Positions 30,537 through 41,641 are shown, counted from the first letter of the stretch. The stretch is 64,000 nt of DNA from an uncultured Actinomycetes bacterium (GCA_963705965.1 CAVPLI010000004.1:38601-102600), one strand, 5' to 3'. Notes: a model not told the origin generated them from the letters alone. Program-made: numbers and translations.

Positions 30537-30740
30537 CGTCCACGCGCAATCGCTACGACCTCGGAGCAGCGCGCGCTCGTCACGGGCGGCCGGTGCCGAT
30601 CGTGCGCGTAGCAGGCCGGTCGGACGACCTAGACCTTCCGCTGGTGGTCCTGACCATCCGTTCAAGGCCCCGCCCCGAACACGCAAGCGTACGCTCGTCA
30701 CACGCGCTTGTCACAAGCGGTACACCCTTGGGAGGGGACG

Positions 30741-31267
30741 ATGGACGCCACCCGCGCCCTCGCATTCGCTCGCTCGACGTTCGATCCCCGTGTCTACGTC
30801 GGCATGTTCCGGATCGTCCATTGGTACAACCGCACGCACGTCAGCCAGCGCCGGCTGCTGCACCTGCGGCCAGGGTGTGCAGGATCTCGCCGATCGCCTC
30901 GTTCGCAAACGCGCAGAGGATCATGATCGGCGACCGCACGCGCATCGGCGACCACGTCTCGCCTGTGGGGCGGCGAGCGCGAGGGTCGCATCGTCGTGGG
31001 CAACGACTGCCTGCTCGGGCCCGGCGCGTTCCTGACCGCTTCCGACTACTCGCTCGACCCGGGCTCGTCCATCAAGTCGCAGGAGACGCGCGAGCGGGAC
31101 ATCGTGATCGGCAACGACGTCTGGATCGGTGCGAACGCGATCATCACGGCCGGCGTCGAGATCGGCGACGGCGCCGTGGTCGGCGCCGGCTCGGTCGTGC
31201 GGCGCTCGATTCCGGCGGGCGCGATCGTCGCCGGCAACCCGGCCCGCGTGGCTTGCGTCGCGACTGA
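30741..31267 (+). CDS. Hexapeptide-repeat O-acyltransferase; frameshifted
   Basis: [33 protein letters not shown]...AGNPAR. Confidence 0.88.
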
Positions 31268-31306
31268 CGGGGGGGCTGCCGAGGGCGGTGGCATAGTGCG
31301 GTCTGG

Positions 31307-32220
31307 ATGGCTCCAGACATCTCCGTCGTCATCGTCTCGTACAAGGTCCCCGAGCTCCTTCGCGCCTGCCTGGCTTCGGTGCAGCGCGAGACCGTCGGCT
31401 GCACCTACGAGATCGTCGTGGTCGACAACGCCTCGGGCGACGGCACGGCCGAGCTCGTGCGCGAGCGAGTTCCCCGACGTCCGCCTGATCGCGCTCGAGG
31501 AGAACATCGGCTTCGCGGCCGGCTCGAACCTCGGCGCGCGCGAGTCGACGCGGCGAGTACGTGCTGATGCTCAACCCCGACACCGAGCTCGTCGGCGATA
31601 CGCTCGGCGCGCTGCTCGCCTACGCGCGAGCCCATCCGCAGGCGGGTCTGATCGGCGGACGTACGCTGAGCCCGGACGGCGAGCTCGACCCCGGCTCGTG
31701 CTGGGGCGCGCAGAGCCTCTGGAGCCTCGTCTGCTTCGCCTCCGGCCTGTCGACCGTGTTCCGCGGCTCGCGCATCTTCGATCCCGAGTCGCTCGGCGGC
31801 TGGCAGCGCGACAGCGCGCGCGAGGTCGACATCGTCACGGGCTGCCTGTGCCTCGCCCCGCGCGCGGTCTGGGAGCAGCTCGGCGGCTTCGACGAGACGT
31901 TCTTCATGTACGGCGAGGACGCCGACCTCGCGGCCCGCGCGCGCAAGGCCGGCTACCGGCCGGCGATCACGCCCGACGCCGTGATCGTGCATCACGTCGG
32001 CGCATCCTCGCTCTCGGTCGAGAAGCGCGAGATGACGCTGCGCTGTCGCGCGGCGCTCGCGCGCAAGCACTGGTCGCCCAAGCGCGCAGAAGCGGCGATC
32101 GTCCTGCTCCAGGCCGGGACGGGCCTGCGCGCTCTGGGCGCGACCGCGGCCCGCAGCTCCAGCTCGACCTGGCCCGCCGTGTGGCGCCGGCGCCGCGACT
32201 GGCGCGGCGGCTACGCCTGA
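31307..32220 (+). CDS. Glycosyltransferase family 2 (WbbL-like); frameshifted
   Basis: [30 protein letters not shown] and [15 protein letters not shown]. Confidence 0.9.
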
Positions 32221-33316
32221 GACGGAGCGCCGAACGGCGCCAGATCGATCTCCGGCGTCCGTCCCAGCACCAGGTCAGCCTGCCGCAGCGGCGACCGTCG
32301 GCGCGAACTTGAAGCCGTGGCCCGAGAAGCCCGCGCACACGACCGTGCGCTCGCCGATGCGGTCGACGATCGGCGCCTCGGTGGGCGTGAGCGCGTAGCA
32401 GCAGACGTCCGCGCCGCGGATCGGCGCGCCGCCATCCGGCCAGTCCAGGCCCGGTAGCCGCCGGCGCGCGGCGCCGGCGAGGCGCTGCACCTCGGCCGCC
32501 GGTGCCTCGCGCGCCGCCGGATCGTCCGGGTCGACGTCCGGGCCGACGGCATGACCGCCGACCTTGAGACCCGCCCCTTCTGCGTCGGAGAGGCCGTAGA
32601 CGTCGAGGTCGTACGTCCACACCGGCAGGCCGGCCGTCGCGAGCTGCAGGTAGACGTTGACCTGCTGCGTCGAGCGGATGGGAGCGGCGAGCAGCCCGGC
32701 CGTCCACGCGCCCGTCGCGACGAGCACCTGATCGGCGGTCTCGCTCGTGCCGTCGGCGAGCTCGACGACGCCGTCGCCGACGGCGGTCACGCGAGCTCCC
32801 TCGCGCAGGCTCACGCCCGCCGCGGCCGCGCCAGGCGCGCCATGCCGAGCGTCGCACGCCGCGCATGCAGCACGCCACCCGCCGCGTCGTGCAGCACCGC
32901 GGCGACGCCCTCGATCGAGAACGCCGGGAACCGCCGGGCGGCTTCCGCCGGCTCGAGCAGACAGACCGGCAAGCCCTGCCGCCTCACATGTCGCGAGCGA
33001 GTCGTGCAGGTACTGCGAGAGCTCGATCGCGAACCAGAGCATGCCGGTCTCGTCGTACAGCCGCTCGCCCAGCAGGCGCTCGAGCTCGCGCCACTGCGTC
33101 GCGCGCCCGCAGCACGAGATCGGTGTAGTGCGCGGCCGCGCCGTATTCGAAGCGCAGCACGCGCGAGGAACCGGCCGAGGCGGCGAACGACCCACCGGCC
33201 TCACGCGCCTCCAGCACGGTGACCTCGGCGCCGGCGAGCGCCAGCCGCCGCGCCGCGCCGAGTCCGTAGACCCCGGCCCCGACCACGATGACGCGAGGTC
33301 CGCCCACGGCGAGCAT
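32211..33316 (-). CDS. FAD-dependent oxidoreductase, sarcosine/N-methyltryptophan oxidase family; several frameshifts
   Basis: [30 protein letters not shown] and [11 protein letters not shown]. Confidence 0.85.
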
Positions 33317-33340
33317 GATGCCGCCTGAGCCGCGCGCGAG

Positions 33341-33470
33341 GCCGCACACCCGGGGCCTGGCCCCACCCGTGCGGCCCAGATGCGGCGCCCAGACCGGTTG
33401 GAGCCGATCGCAACGCCGCGCACGATTGGGGCCTGGCCCCGCACGTGCGGGGCCAGGCCCCGATCGTGCG
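33341..33470. repeat. Cluster of three REP-like palindromes (GGGGCC(T/A)GGCCCC core)
   Basis: Cores at about 33352, 33428 and 33449, with GCAC...GTGC outer arms; the last two form an inverted doublet. Confidence 0.85.
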
Positions 33471-33515
33471 GTCTACCGGTGGCGCTTCGGCCGCGCATCG
33501 GGCATCGTTCCGGCC

Positions 33516-34535
33516 ATGGCGAGCCCCGAGTCGCGCGGCGTTGCGGCCGGACGCTTCGCACCGTTCCACCGCGGGCACCAGCACCTGATCGAGCGGGCGC
33601 GCGGCCTCGTGGGCGAGCTCGACGTCGTCGTCGTGCACGAGCCGGACGACGGACTCGCGCCGGAGCTGCGCACCGGCTGGATCCGCGACGCGTTCGCCGA
33701 GCACCCGCAGGTGCAGGTGCACGCCGTGCCCGCAGCGGACGATCCGGCGGAGGCCGTGCGCGGACGCCTCGTCTCGGCGCCGGACATCTGCTTCACCGGC
33801 GCCGGCCACGACGGCTGGGCCGCCGCGCTCGCACCGCGCCACGTCGAGATCGAGCGCCTCGCCGGGAATCGACAGCAACGGTCGTGCGCGCCGATGCGCT
33901 GGCGGCGCTCGACCAGCTTCCCGGCGGCACGCGCGCGTCGGTCGTGCGGCGCGTGTGCGTGCTCGGCGCCGAGAGCACGGGCAAGACGACGCTCGCGCGC
34001 GACCTCGCCGATGCGCTGGCGACCGTCTGGGTGCCCGAGTACGGCCGCGACTACACCGAGACGCTGCCGGACCGGCTGCGCTACGTGTGGACGACGCCCG
34101 ACTTCGAGATCATCTCCAAGCGCCAGAACTGGAACGAGGATCGCGCCGCGCGCTACGCCAACCGCATCGTCATCGTCGACACGGATGCGTTCGCCACATC
34201 GCTGTTCCACGAGCTCTACGTGGGCTACCGGGCGCCCGAGCTCGACGCCTACCTGCGCAACTACGACCTCTACCTCCTGACGAGCATCGACACGCCGTTC
34301 CAGATGGACAACACGGGCCTGCGCTACGACGGCGACACCCGGGCGTTCATGGACGCCACCTATCGCCGCCACGCCGAGGAGTCGGGACGGCCGTGGGTGA
34401 CGCTGCAGGGGCCGCCCGCAGGAGCGCCTGCGGACGGCCGTCGACGCGGTCTCGACGATGCTCGCGCGTTACGCCGGTCCGGCGGCGCTCACGGACCTGC
34501 GCGCGCCGGCGCCGGTGCGCGTCGCCGCACGCTGA
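33516..34535 (+). CDS. nadR: NadR-like NMN adenylyltransferase/ribosylnicotinamide kinase without HTH; two frameshifts
   Basis: GRFAPFHRGH (HxGH); VLGAESTGKTTLA; WVPEYGR; IVDTD; YDLYLL. Confidence 0.75.
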
Positions 34536-34549
34536 TCCTCGCGGTCGGG

Positions 34550-35357
34550 CTACTTGGTGCCCACCGCCACCTGGCACACCGCCGTCGCGGCCTTGGCCTT
34601 CTCCTCCAGCTCGGCGCGCTCGCTGAAGAACGTCACGAACGTGATGCGTCATGGCGTGCTTCACCGACGCAGGGAATCGCAACCGGCAGGGCGCACCGCC
34701 TTGAAGACGCGTCCCAGGAACGCCTGCTTCGACGCATGTTCCGACGCAGCGTGTCGAACACGCTGCCGACCGCCTTCAGCTGTGCGGTCGTGGGCGCGAC
34801 GCCGCGGTCGCGCAGCGGGTCGACCGATCCGACCCGGTTCGCGCAGGCCCGCTCGGTGGCGGTCATCTCGATCAGCGAGGCCTTGCCGAGTGCGGCGTAC
34901 AGCGCGCCGGTGACGCCGCACGCACGATAGATCTCGTCGCCGGCGCGAATCGGCCTCTTCGAGCGACGTGATCGACAGCAGGACAGCCTGGCTGCGCGCG
35001 GCCTCCCGCGCGGGAAGAGCAACGCAGCGCAGCGGGGTGCCTGCCGAACGAGAGCACGTCCTCCCGCTCGGCGAGCGCCGCACGGCGAGCGAGCGTCATG
35101 CAATGGGTGAAACCGGCGTCCGTCGCGATCTTCTCGACCCGCGTCAGCTTGTAATACGCGGTCAGCCAGGCCTTGCGCGAGAGGCGGCCGCGGTAGTAGC
35201 GCGCGATGCACGCCGCGTCCTTGGCGGCGAGCCCCGGCGTGATGGCGCGAACCTCGTCCGCACTCGGCCAGCGCGGTGCGGGTGTGGCCGCGACGGCCGC
35301 GCACGGCAGTGCTGCGAGGGCGACGAGCAGGAACGCCAGGGTTACGGCAGCTCGCAT
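34550..35357 (-). CDS. Secreted cysteine-rich hypothetical protein; multiple frameshifts
   Basis: Signal peptide MRAAVTLAFLLVALAALPCAAVAA; helical segments with spaced Cys spread over three frames, ending AATAVCQVAVGTK-stop. Confidence 0.6.
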
Positions 35358-35367
35358 ACGAGTGACG

Positions 35368-35643
35368 CTACCGGAACGCGCATGCCGCCGTCCGCTCGCG
35401 GCTCGCCGGCGCGGTCCGCGAGCGCGCCGGCGAGCCGATCTCGGCACAGCCCGAAGAGCTCGTCTCAAGAGCCGCTGCGCGATGCCGTGCCCACGCGCCG
35501 ACGGGCGCACGAAGAGCCGCTTGCCCTCGCCGCGGCGCTCGTCGATCCTGCGCACGCCGATGACACCGACGGGCTCGCCGTCGAGCCGGGCGAGCAGCAG
35601 CCGGCCGTGCGGGGCCGGCGCTGAATTGATCGTGCGCACCCAC
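35368..35643 (-). pseudogene. GNAT acetyltransferase fragment
   Basis: GRLLLARLDGEPVG...EGKRLFVRPSARGHGIAQRLL (motif A), but the normal N- and C-terminal parts are missing. Confidence 0.6.
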
Positions 35644-35670
35644 GGGCGTGCCCCGAGCGTACCCGCCCCC

Positions 35671-36676
35671 TCAGGCGTACCGCAGGCGCTGACCGATCCC
35701 GAGGCGCGCCGCCTTCTCGAGCATCGCGTGTCCGAGCGCGATGTCGCTGAGGCTCAATCCGCGGTGCCAGAAGAGGATCGTCTCGGCCGTCGCTCTCGCG
35801 CCCGGGCTTGCGACCCGCCACGATCTCGCCGAGCTCGGCGTGCAGCGTCTCCTCGGAGAGCAGGCCCGCCTCGACGTGGGCGCGCAGCGATCCGAACGGC
35901 CCGCTGCGGCACTGGCCCCAGTCGTCGACGACGAGCTTGTCCATGATGTCGGTCAGGGAGAGCTCGACGGCGCTCATCGTGCCGTAGGGCACCACCAGCG
36001 CGCCGGGCTTGATCCACTCGGTGAGCAGCATCGGCTCGGGCCGCTCGAGCCGCGCGGCCTCGACCACGATGTCGGCGCCGCGCACGACGGACTCCCAGTC
36101 GTCGCAGACGGTGACGGGACGCCCGAGGTCGCGCTCGAGTTGCGCGCCGAAGGCCTCGCGGCTCTCGGGCCGCCGCGAGTGGACGCGGATCTCGTCGAGC
36201 TCGAACAGGTGGGCGAGCAGGCGCACGTTCCAGTAGGCCGTGCCGCGCGCGCCGATGTGGCCGAGCACGCGCGATCCCGGCCGCGCGAGCTCGCGCGCAC
36301 CGAGCGCGGTGACCGCTCCGGTGCGCATGTCGGTGAGTCCGGCGGCATCGATCACCGCCTGCGGCACGCCGGTGCGCGGGTCGTAGAGCGTGAGCAGGCC
36401 GTTCTCCGACGGCAGTCCGCGCTGGTAGTTGTCGACGTAGTCGCCGACGACCTTGACGCCGGCCAGCGCGAGCGGCGCGATGTAGCCGCGCAGCACGTTG
36501 AAGTGCCCGCGAAACGACTCGTCGGGACGCAGGTGCACGCGCGGCTCGATCACCGTCTCGCCGAGCCCCTGCGCCCGCAGACCGCCCTCGACGGCGTTCA
36601 GGATCTCCTCGTCCGTGAGCCCGAGGGCCTCGACGTCGGGCCGGTTGAGATACGTCAGGTGGAGCTCGTCTGCCAT
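35671..36676 (-). CDS. Ornithine cyclodeaminase/mu-crystallin family protein; frameshift near 35785
   Basis: GVKVVG, LTDMRTGAVT, IGARGTA and ELGEIVAGRKPGRE; shifted frame reads ILFWHRGLSLSDIALG. Confidence 0.9.
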
Positions 36677-36696
36677 CGCGGCAGTATGCGCCACCC

Positions 36697-36732
36697 GAAA
36701 ACAGAGAGAGGCGCCGATCCGGCGCCTCTCTC
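36697..36732 (-). terminator. Intrinsic terminator after the flp gene
   Basis: GAGAGAGGCGCCG/CGGCGCCTCTCTC stem followed by TGTTTTC on the minus strand. Confidence 0.75.
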
Positions 36733-36787
36733 GTCGTGCATCGAGCAGGAAGAAGACGCGGGCGATGTGCCCGCGACCGAACGGGGT

Positions 36788-36958
36788 CTAGATCTCGGCC
36801 GTGACCGTGTCGAGCGCGCCGCTGATCGAGCCGGACAGATAGCCCAGCGCGACGAAGACGCCAATGGCAATGACGGCAAGCACGACTGCGTACTCCGCCA
36901 TGGTCTGACCACTCTCGCGACGCAGAAGCGCGTCGAGACTTGCGAGGATGTTGCGCAT
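36788..36958 (-). CDS. flp: Flp/Fap family type IVb pilin (56 aa, absent from the ORF track)
   Basis: MRNILASLDALLRRESG/QTMAEYAVVLAVIAIGVFVALGYLSGSISGALDTVTAEI: prepilin G-x4-EY motif plus a hydrophobic helix; GGGAGG RBS. Confidence 0.92.
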   Translation of the reverse strand: MRNILASLDALLRRESGQTMAEYAVVLAVIAIGVFVALGYLSGSISGALDTVTAEI

Positions 36959-37095
36959 TCGAGCCTCCCTGTGAATCGGGCTTCTCGTAGGTGAGAAGCC
37001 ACTTGCAACTGGCGCCAGTAACTCCCGGACATGCCATACCCGATATCCCCCATGCAGGGGAACCGTCGCGAGGCGGTCGAGCTTAGACTGACCGC

Positions 37096-37746
37096 GTGAT
37101 CGACGCCGATTCCCACACGATCTCCTCGCCCGAGCAGTTGTGGGAGCTCGTCGGAGAGCCGCTGGAGCGCGTGCTGACCAAGGAGATGCCGGCGCTCGAC
37201 GAGCGCGCGCGGGAGTTCATCGCGGCCTCGCCGTTCCTGGTGATGGCCACGACCGGCGCGGACGGATCGTGCGATGCCGGCCCGAAGGGCGGGCCTCCGG
37301 GTTTCGTCCACGTTCTCGGGGATACACGCCTACTTGTCCCGGAATACCCCGGCAATCGCCGCTTCGACGGCGTTCAGAACCTCGTCACGCGCCCGGGCAT
37401 CGGGCTGCTGTTCGCAGTACCCGGCATCTCGGAGACCCTCCGTGTCAATGGATTCGCACGCCTCACGCGCGATCCCGAGCTGCTCGAGACCTGCGCCGTG
37501 GATGGCCGCAAGCCCTGGTTCGTCACGGACATCGAGGTGCGCCAGGTCTTCAGCCACTGTGGCAAGGCGTTCCTGCGCAGCCACCTGTGGCAGCCCGAGA
37601 CGTGGCCCGACCCGGACGCCGTCAAGAGCCCCAGCAAGACGATCGCCGGCCTCGCCGAGCAGGAGCGACGGCGCGAGTCCGACGTGCGCCGCGAGGTCGA
37701 GGACTCCTATCAGCCGGTGCTCTACGAAGTGCCCGCTCCCGACTGA
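37096..37746 (+). CDS. Pyridoxamine 5'-phosphate oxidase-like FMN-binding protein (MSMEG_1061 family)
   Basis: FIAASPFLVMAT, DAGPKGGPPGFV, PGNRRFD, ETLRVNG and HCGKAFLRS.LW. Confidence 0.9.
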   Translation: MIDADSHTISSPEQLWELVGEPLERVLTKEMPALDERAREFIAASPFLVMATTGADGSCDAGPKGGPPGFVHVLGDTRLLVPEYPGNRRFDGVQNLVTRPGIGLLFAVPGISETLRVNGFARLTRDPELLETCAVDGRKPWFVTDIEVRQVFSHCGKAFLRSHLWQPETWPDPDAVKSPSKTIAGLAEQERRRESDVRREVEDSYQPVLYEVPAPD

Positions 37747-37839
37747 GCCGGCGACGCTCCGTCCACAGCGTGCATTGGCCTACCCGTCGAGGTTGCCGGC
37801 CGCTCCGTCGCACCCGACTCACAACGAGAAGGAGCTCCC

Positions 37840-38232
37840 ATGACCACTCCGTACACGCTCAAGAAGCTCACCGACGTCGAGGACTCCGCGGTCAAGTTCG
37901 GGTTCTCCGAGCGACAGGAGGCGCACTTTGCGAAGGACGACCTCGAGACGACGGAGACGGGTGTCAGCTTCCACCGCGTCAAGGCCGGCCAGCGGCAGGC
38001 GTTCGGGCACAAGCACGACGACGCCGAGGAGGTGTACGTCGTGGTCGCGGGCTCCGGCCGCATCAAGCTCGACGACGAGATCGTGGGTCTCGGACGGCTC
38101 GATGCGATCCGCGTCGCCCCCGCCGTGATCCGCGCGTTCGAGGCAGGTCCCGACGCCGACCTCGAGCTGCTCGCGTTCGGCCCGCGCCACGACGGCGACG
38201 GCGAGCTCATCCAGGGCTGGTGGACCGACTAG
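37840..38232 (+). CDS. Cupin domain protein
   Basis: GHKHDDAEEVYVVVAGSG; AAGGAG RBS. Confidence 0.85.
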   Translation: MTTPYTLKKLTDVEDSAVKFGFSERQEAHFAKDDLETTETGVSFHRVKAGQRQAFGHKHDDAEEVYVVVAGSGRIKLDDEIVGLGRLDAIRVAPAVIRAFEAGPDADLELLAFGPRHDGDGELIQGWWTD

Positions 38233-39249
38233 GCGAGGAGACCGCCGCACCGCTCGCGCGGCGACCACGTCCTCGCGCGCATGCACCACGGCCACGCGCA
38301 CGGCCGAGTCATCCGCGGCAATCTCGCCGGGAACCGCCCCGGCGAGGTTGCGCTCGTCGTCGAGCAGCACGCCCAGGAAGCCGAGGCGGCCGCACACCTC
38401 CGACCGCACGAACGCCGAACCCTCCCCCACGCCGCCGGTGAAGGCGATCGCGTCGACTCCCCCGAGGGCGACCGCCAGCGATCCGATCGCACACGCGATG
38501 CGGTAGCAGTAGAGGTCGAGCGCGCGGCGCGCCGCCGCCTCGGTCGCGCGCTCGAGTTCCTCGACGCTCCCCGAGAGGCCGGACAGCCCGAGCAGCCCCG
38601 ACTCGCGCTCGAGCGCCGAGTCGATCTCGCCGAGAGAGGCCGCCCCGCTGCGCAGGAGGTAGAGGATCGCGGCCGGGTCGAGTGAGCCTGCGCGCGTCGC
38701 CATCGGCACGCCGTCGAGCGGGCTGAAGCCCATGGTGGTGTCGACCGAGCGGCCGTCCCGAACCGCGCTGACCGAGCAGCCGCCGCCGAGATGGCAGACG
38801 ATCAGGCGCTCGACCGGCACCTGCTCGGCGGCCCACTGCACGGAGAGGCCGTGGAAGCCGTAGCGGCGGATGTGCCACTGCGTCCGCCACTGCTCGGGTA
38901 CCGCGTAGGCCGACGCCTCTTCCGCCATCGTCGCGTGGAACTCCGTGTCGAAGACGGCGACGTGCGGAAGCCCGGGGAACGCCGCGCGCGCATCGTCGAT
39001 CGCAGCGAGGGCCGGTGTGTTGTGGAGCGGCGCGAGCTCGGCCAGCGAGCGCAACTCGGCGAGCGTCTCGTCGCCGAGCAGCACCGGCGCCCGGAAGCGC
39101 GCGCCGCCGTGGACGACGCGGTGGCCCACCGCGACGACGTCGTCCGGAGCCTCGTCGAGCGCTCCGAGCTTCCGGCTCCGCTCGCCCGCGTCGACAGTCG
39201 AGAGCTTGAGGCTCGTCGAACCGGCGTTGACGACGAGGATGCTGCTCAA
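38229..39249 (-). CDS. ackA: Acetate kinase (compact); indel near the 3' end
   Basis: NAGSTSLK, GHRVVHGG, APLHN, FDTEFH, RRYGFHGLS, CHLGGG, DTTMGFSPL and FTGGVGE. Confidence 0.93.
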
Positions 39250-39253
39250 CCGC

Positions 39254-41641
39254 TCACGCGGGCCAGGTCCAGCCGGCGACGTCGGGGCGGTCCTCGCCGT
39301 GCTCGCGAGTGTGGGCACGGCAGCTCAGGCGCTCGTCCTGCATCTCCTGGCGCAGGTGCGCGGCGATCTCTGCGAGGCCGGGCACGCGATCGATCACGTC
39401 CATCACGAGGTGGAAGCGATCGAGGTCGTTGAGCATGACCATGTCGAACCGCGTGGTGGTCGTGCCCTCTTCCTTGTAGCCGCGCACGTGGAAGTTGTCG
39501 TGGTTGGCGCGGCTGTAGGTCAGGCGGTGAATCAGCCACGGGTAGCCGTGGTAGGCGAAGATCACCGGGCGGTCGACGGTGAAGAGCGCGTCGAACTCCG
39601 CATGGGTCAGTCCGTGGGGATGCTCGCTGTCCGGCTGCAGGCGCATGAGGTCGACGACGTTGACCACGCGAACCCGCAGCTCGGGCAGATGCTCCCGCAG
39701 CAGCGCGACCGCGGCAAGCGTCTCGAGCGTGGGCACGTCGCCGCAACACGCCATGACGACGTCTGGCTCGTGGTCGTCGTCGTTGGACGCCCACTCCCAG
39801 ATCCCGATACCGCGCGTGCAGTGCGCCGTCGCCTCGTCGATCGTCAGATACGTGAGCGCGGGAGCCTTGCCGGCGACGACGACATTGACGTAGTTGCGGC
39901 TGCGCAGGCAGTGATCCATCACCGACAGGAGGCAGTTGGTGTCGGGCGGCAGATAGACGCGTATGACCTCGGCCTTCTTGTTCACGACGTGATCGATGAA
40001 GCCCGGATCCTGATGCGAGAAGCCGTTGTGGTCCTGCTGCCACACGTGCGAGGTGAGCAGGTAGTTGAGTGACGCGAGCGGCATGCGCCACGGAATCCGC
40101 CGCGAGGTCTTGAGCCATTTCGCGTGCTGATTGAACATCGAGTCGACGATGTGGATGAACGCCTCGTAGCAGTTGAAGAGACCGTGGCGCCCGGTCAGCA
40201 GGTAGCCCTCCAGCCAGCCCTGGCAGAGATGCTCCGAGAGCACCTCCATGACCCGCCCGTCAGGCCCGAGTCCCTCGTCCGTCGCGGCGCCCTCGCCCAG
40301 CCAGGCGCGCGTCGTCGTCTCGAACACGGCGGTCAGCCGGTTCGACGCCGTCTCGTCCGGCCCGACGATGCGGAAGTTGTCGGGGTTCTGCGCGATGACG
40401 TCGCGCAGGAACGCACCGAGCACGCGCGTCGCCTCGCTGCGCGCCGTGCCCGGTCGCGCGACCTCGACCGCGTAGTCGGCGAAGTCGGGCAGGATCAGGT
40501 CGCGCAGCAGCGTGCCGCCGTTCGCGTGCGGGTTGGCACTCATGCGCCGGCCGCCGGCGGGCGCGAGCGCCGCGATCTCCGGCACCAGCGCCCCGGCCTC
40601 GTCGAACAGCTCCTCCGGGCGGTAGCTGCGCATCCAGCCCTCGAGCAGCTCACGGTGGGCGTCGTTGTGGCGGGCCTCCGCGATCGGTACCTGATGGGCG
40701 CGCCAGGTGCCTTCGACGGGGAGGCCGTCGACCTCCGCGGGACACGTCCAGCCCTTGGGCGTCCGCAGGACGATCATCGGCCAGGTCGGCCGGCCGGCCG
40801 GCCCGCCCGTGCGCGCCGCCTCCCGGATCCGGGAGATCTCGTCGAACGCCTCGTCGAGCGTCTCCGCGAGCACCTGGTGGACGCGCGCCGGATCCTCGCC
40901 GTCGAAGCCGCCGGAAACCATCAGCGGGCGCCAACCGTAACCCGTCAGGAGGGCCCGCAACTCGTGCTCGGGGATGCGGGCGAGGACGGTCGGGTTCGCG
41001 ATCTTGTAGCCGTTGAGGTGCAGGATCGGCAGCACGGCGCCGTCACGTGCAGGGTTGAGGAACTTGTTCGCATGCCAGCTCGCCGCCAGTGGCCCGGTCT
41101 CGGCTTCGCCGTCACCGATCACGCACGCGACGGTGAGGCCCGGGTTGTCGAATGCTGCGCCGAACGCATGCGCGAGCGCGTAGCCGAGCTCGCCGCCCTC
41201 GTGGATCGAACCGGGCGTCTCGGGCGCTGCGTGGCTCGGGATGCCCCCGGGGAACGAGAACTGGCGGAAGAGCCGCTGCAACCCGCGCTCGTCGCGGCCG
41301 ATCTGCGCGTAGAGCTCGCTGTAGGTGCCCTCGAGATAGGCGTTCGCGACGACGCCCGGCCCGCCGTGACCCGGCCCGGTCACGTAGAGGACGTCGAGGT
41401 CGCGCGCCCGGATGACGCGGTTGAGGTGCGCCCAGAGCAGATTGAGACCCGGTGTCGTGCCCCAGTGGCCGAGCAACCGCGGCTTCACGTCCTCGGCAGC
41501 CAGCGGCCGCTGCAGCAGCGGATTGTCGAGCAGGTAGATCTGCCCGACCGAGAGATAGTTGGCCGCGCGCCACCAGCCGTCGATCAGGCGCAGCTCGCCG
41601 GCGGCGAGCGGTCCGGCCGGCAGGGCTTCGGAGGCAGCCAT
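39254..41641 (-). CDS. xfp: Xylulose-5-P/fructose-6-P phosphoketolase
   Basis: [44 protein letters not shown] and [13 protein letters not shown]. Confidence 0.97.
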   Translation of the reverse strand: MAASEALPAGPLAAGELRLIDGWWRAANYLSVGQIYLLDNPLLQRPLAAEDVKPRLLGHWGTTPGLNLLWAHLNRVIRARDLDVLYVTGPGHGGPGVVANAYLEGTYSELYAQIGRDERGLQRLFRQFSFPGGIPSHAAPETPGSIHEGGELGYALAHAFGAAFDNPGLTVACVIGDGEAETGPLAASWHANKFLNPARDGAVLPILHLNGYKIANPTVLARIPEHELRALLTGYGWRPLMVSGGFDGEDPARVHQVLAETLDEAFDEISRIREAARTGGPAGRPTWPMIVLRTPKGWTCPAEVDGLPVEGTWRAHQVPIAEARHNDAHRELLEGWMRSYRPEELFDEAGALVPEIAALAPAGGRRMSANPHANGGTLLRDLILPDFADYAVEVARPGTARSEATRVLGAFLRDVIAQNPDNFRIVGPDETASNRLTAVFETTTRAWLGEGAATDEGLGPDGRVMEVLSEHLCQGWLEGYLLTGRHGLFNCYEAFIHIVDSMFNQHAKWLKTSRRIPWRMPLASLNYLLTSHVWQQDHNGFSHQDPGFIDHVVNKKAEVIRVYLPPDTNCLLSVMDHCLRSRNYVNVVVAGKAPALTYLTIDEATAHCTRGIGIWEWASNDDDHEPDVVMACCGDVPTLETLAAVALLREHLPELRVRVVNVVDLMRLQPDSEHPHGLTHAEFDALFTVDRPVIFAYHGYPWLIHRLTYSRANHDNFHVRGYKEEGTTTTRFDMVMLNDLDRFHLVMDVIDRVPGLAEIAAHLRQEMQDERLSCRAHTREHGEDRPDVAGWTWPA

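Noticed and set aside
36960-37080. c-di-GMP riboswitch upstream of flp
   Set aside because: Hairpins are present, but I could not match the class I (GCAAA...GGGACGCAAAGC) or class II consensus
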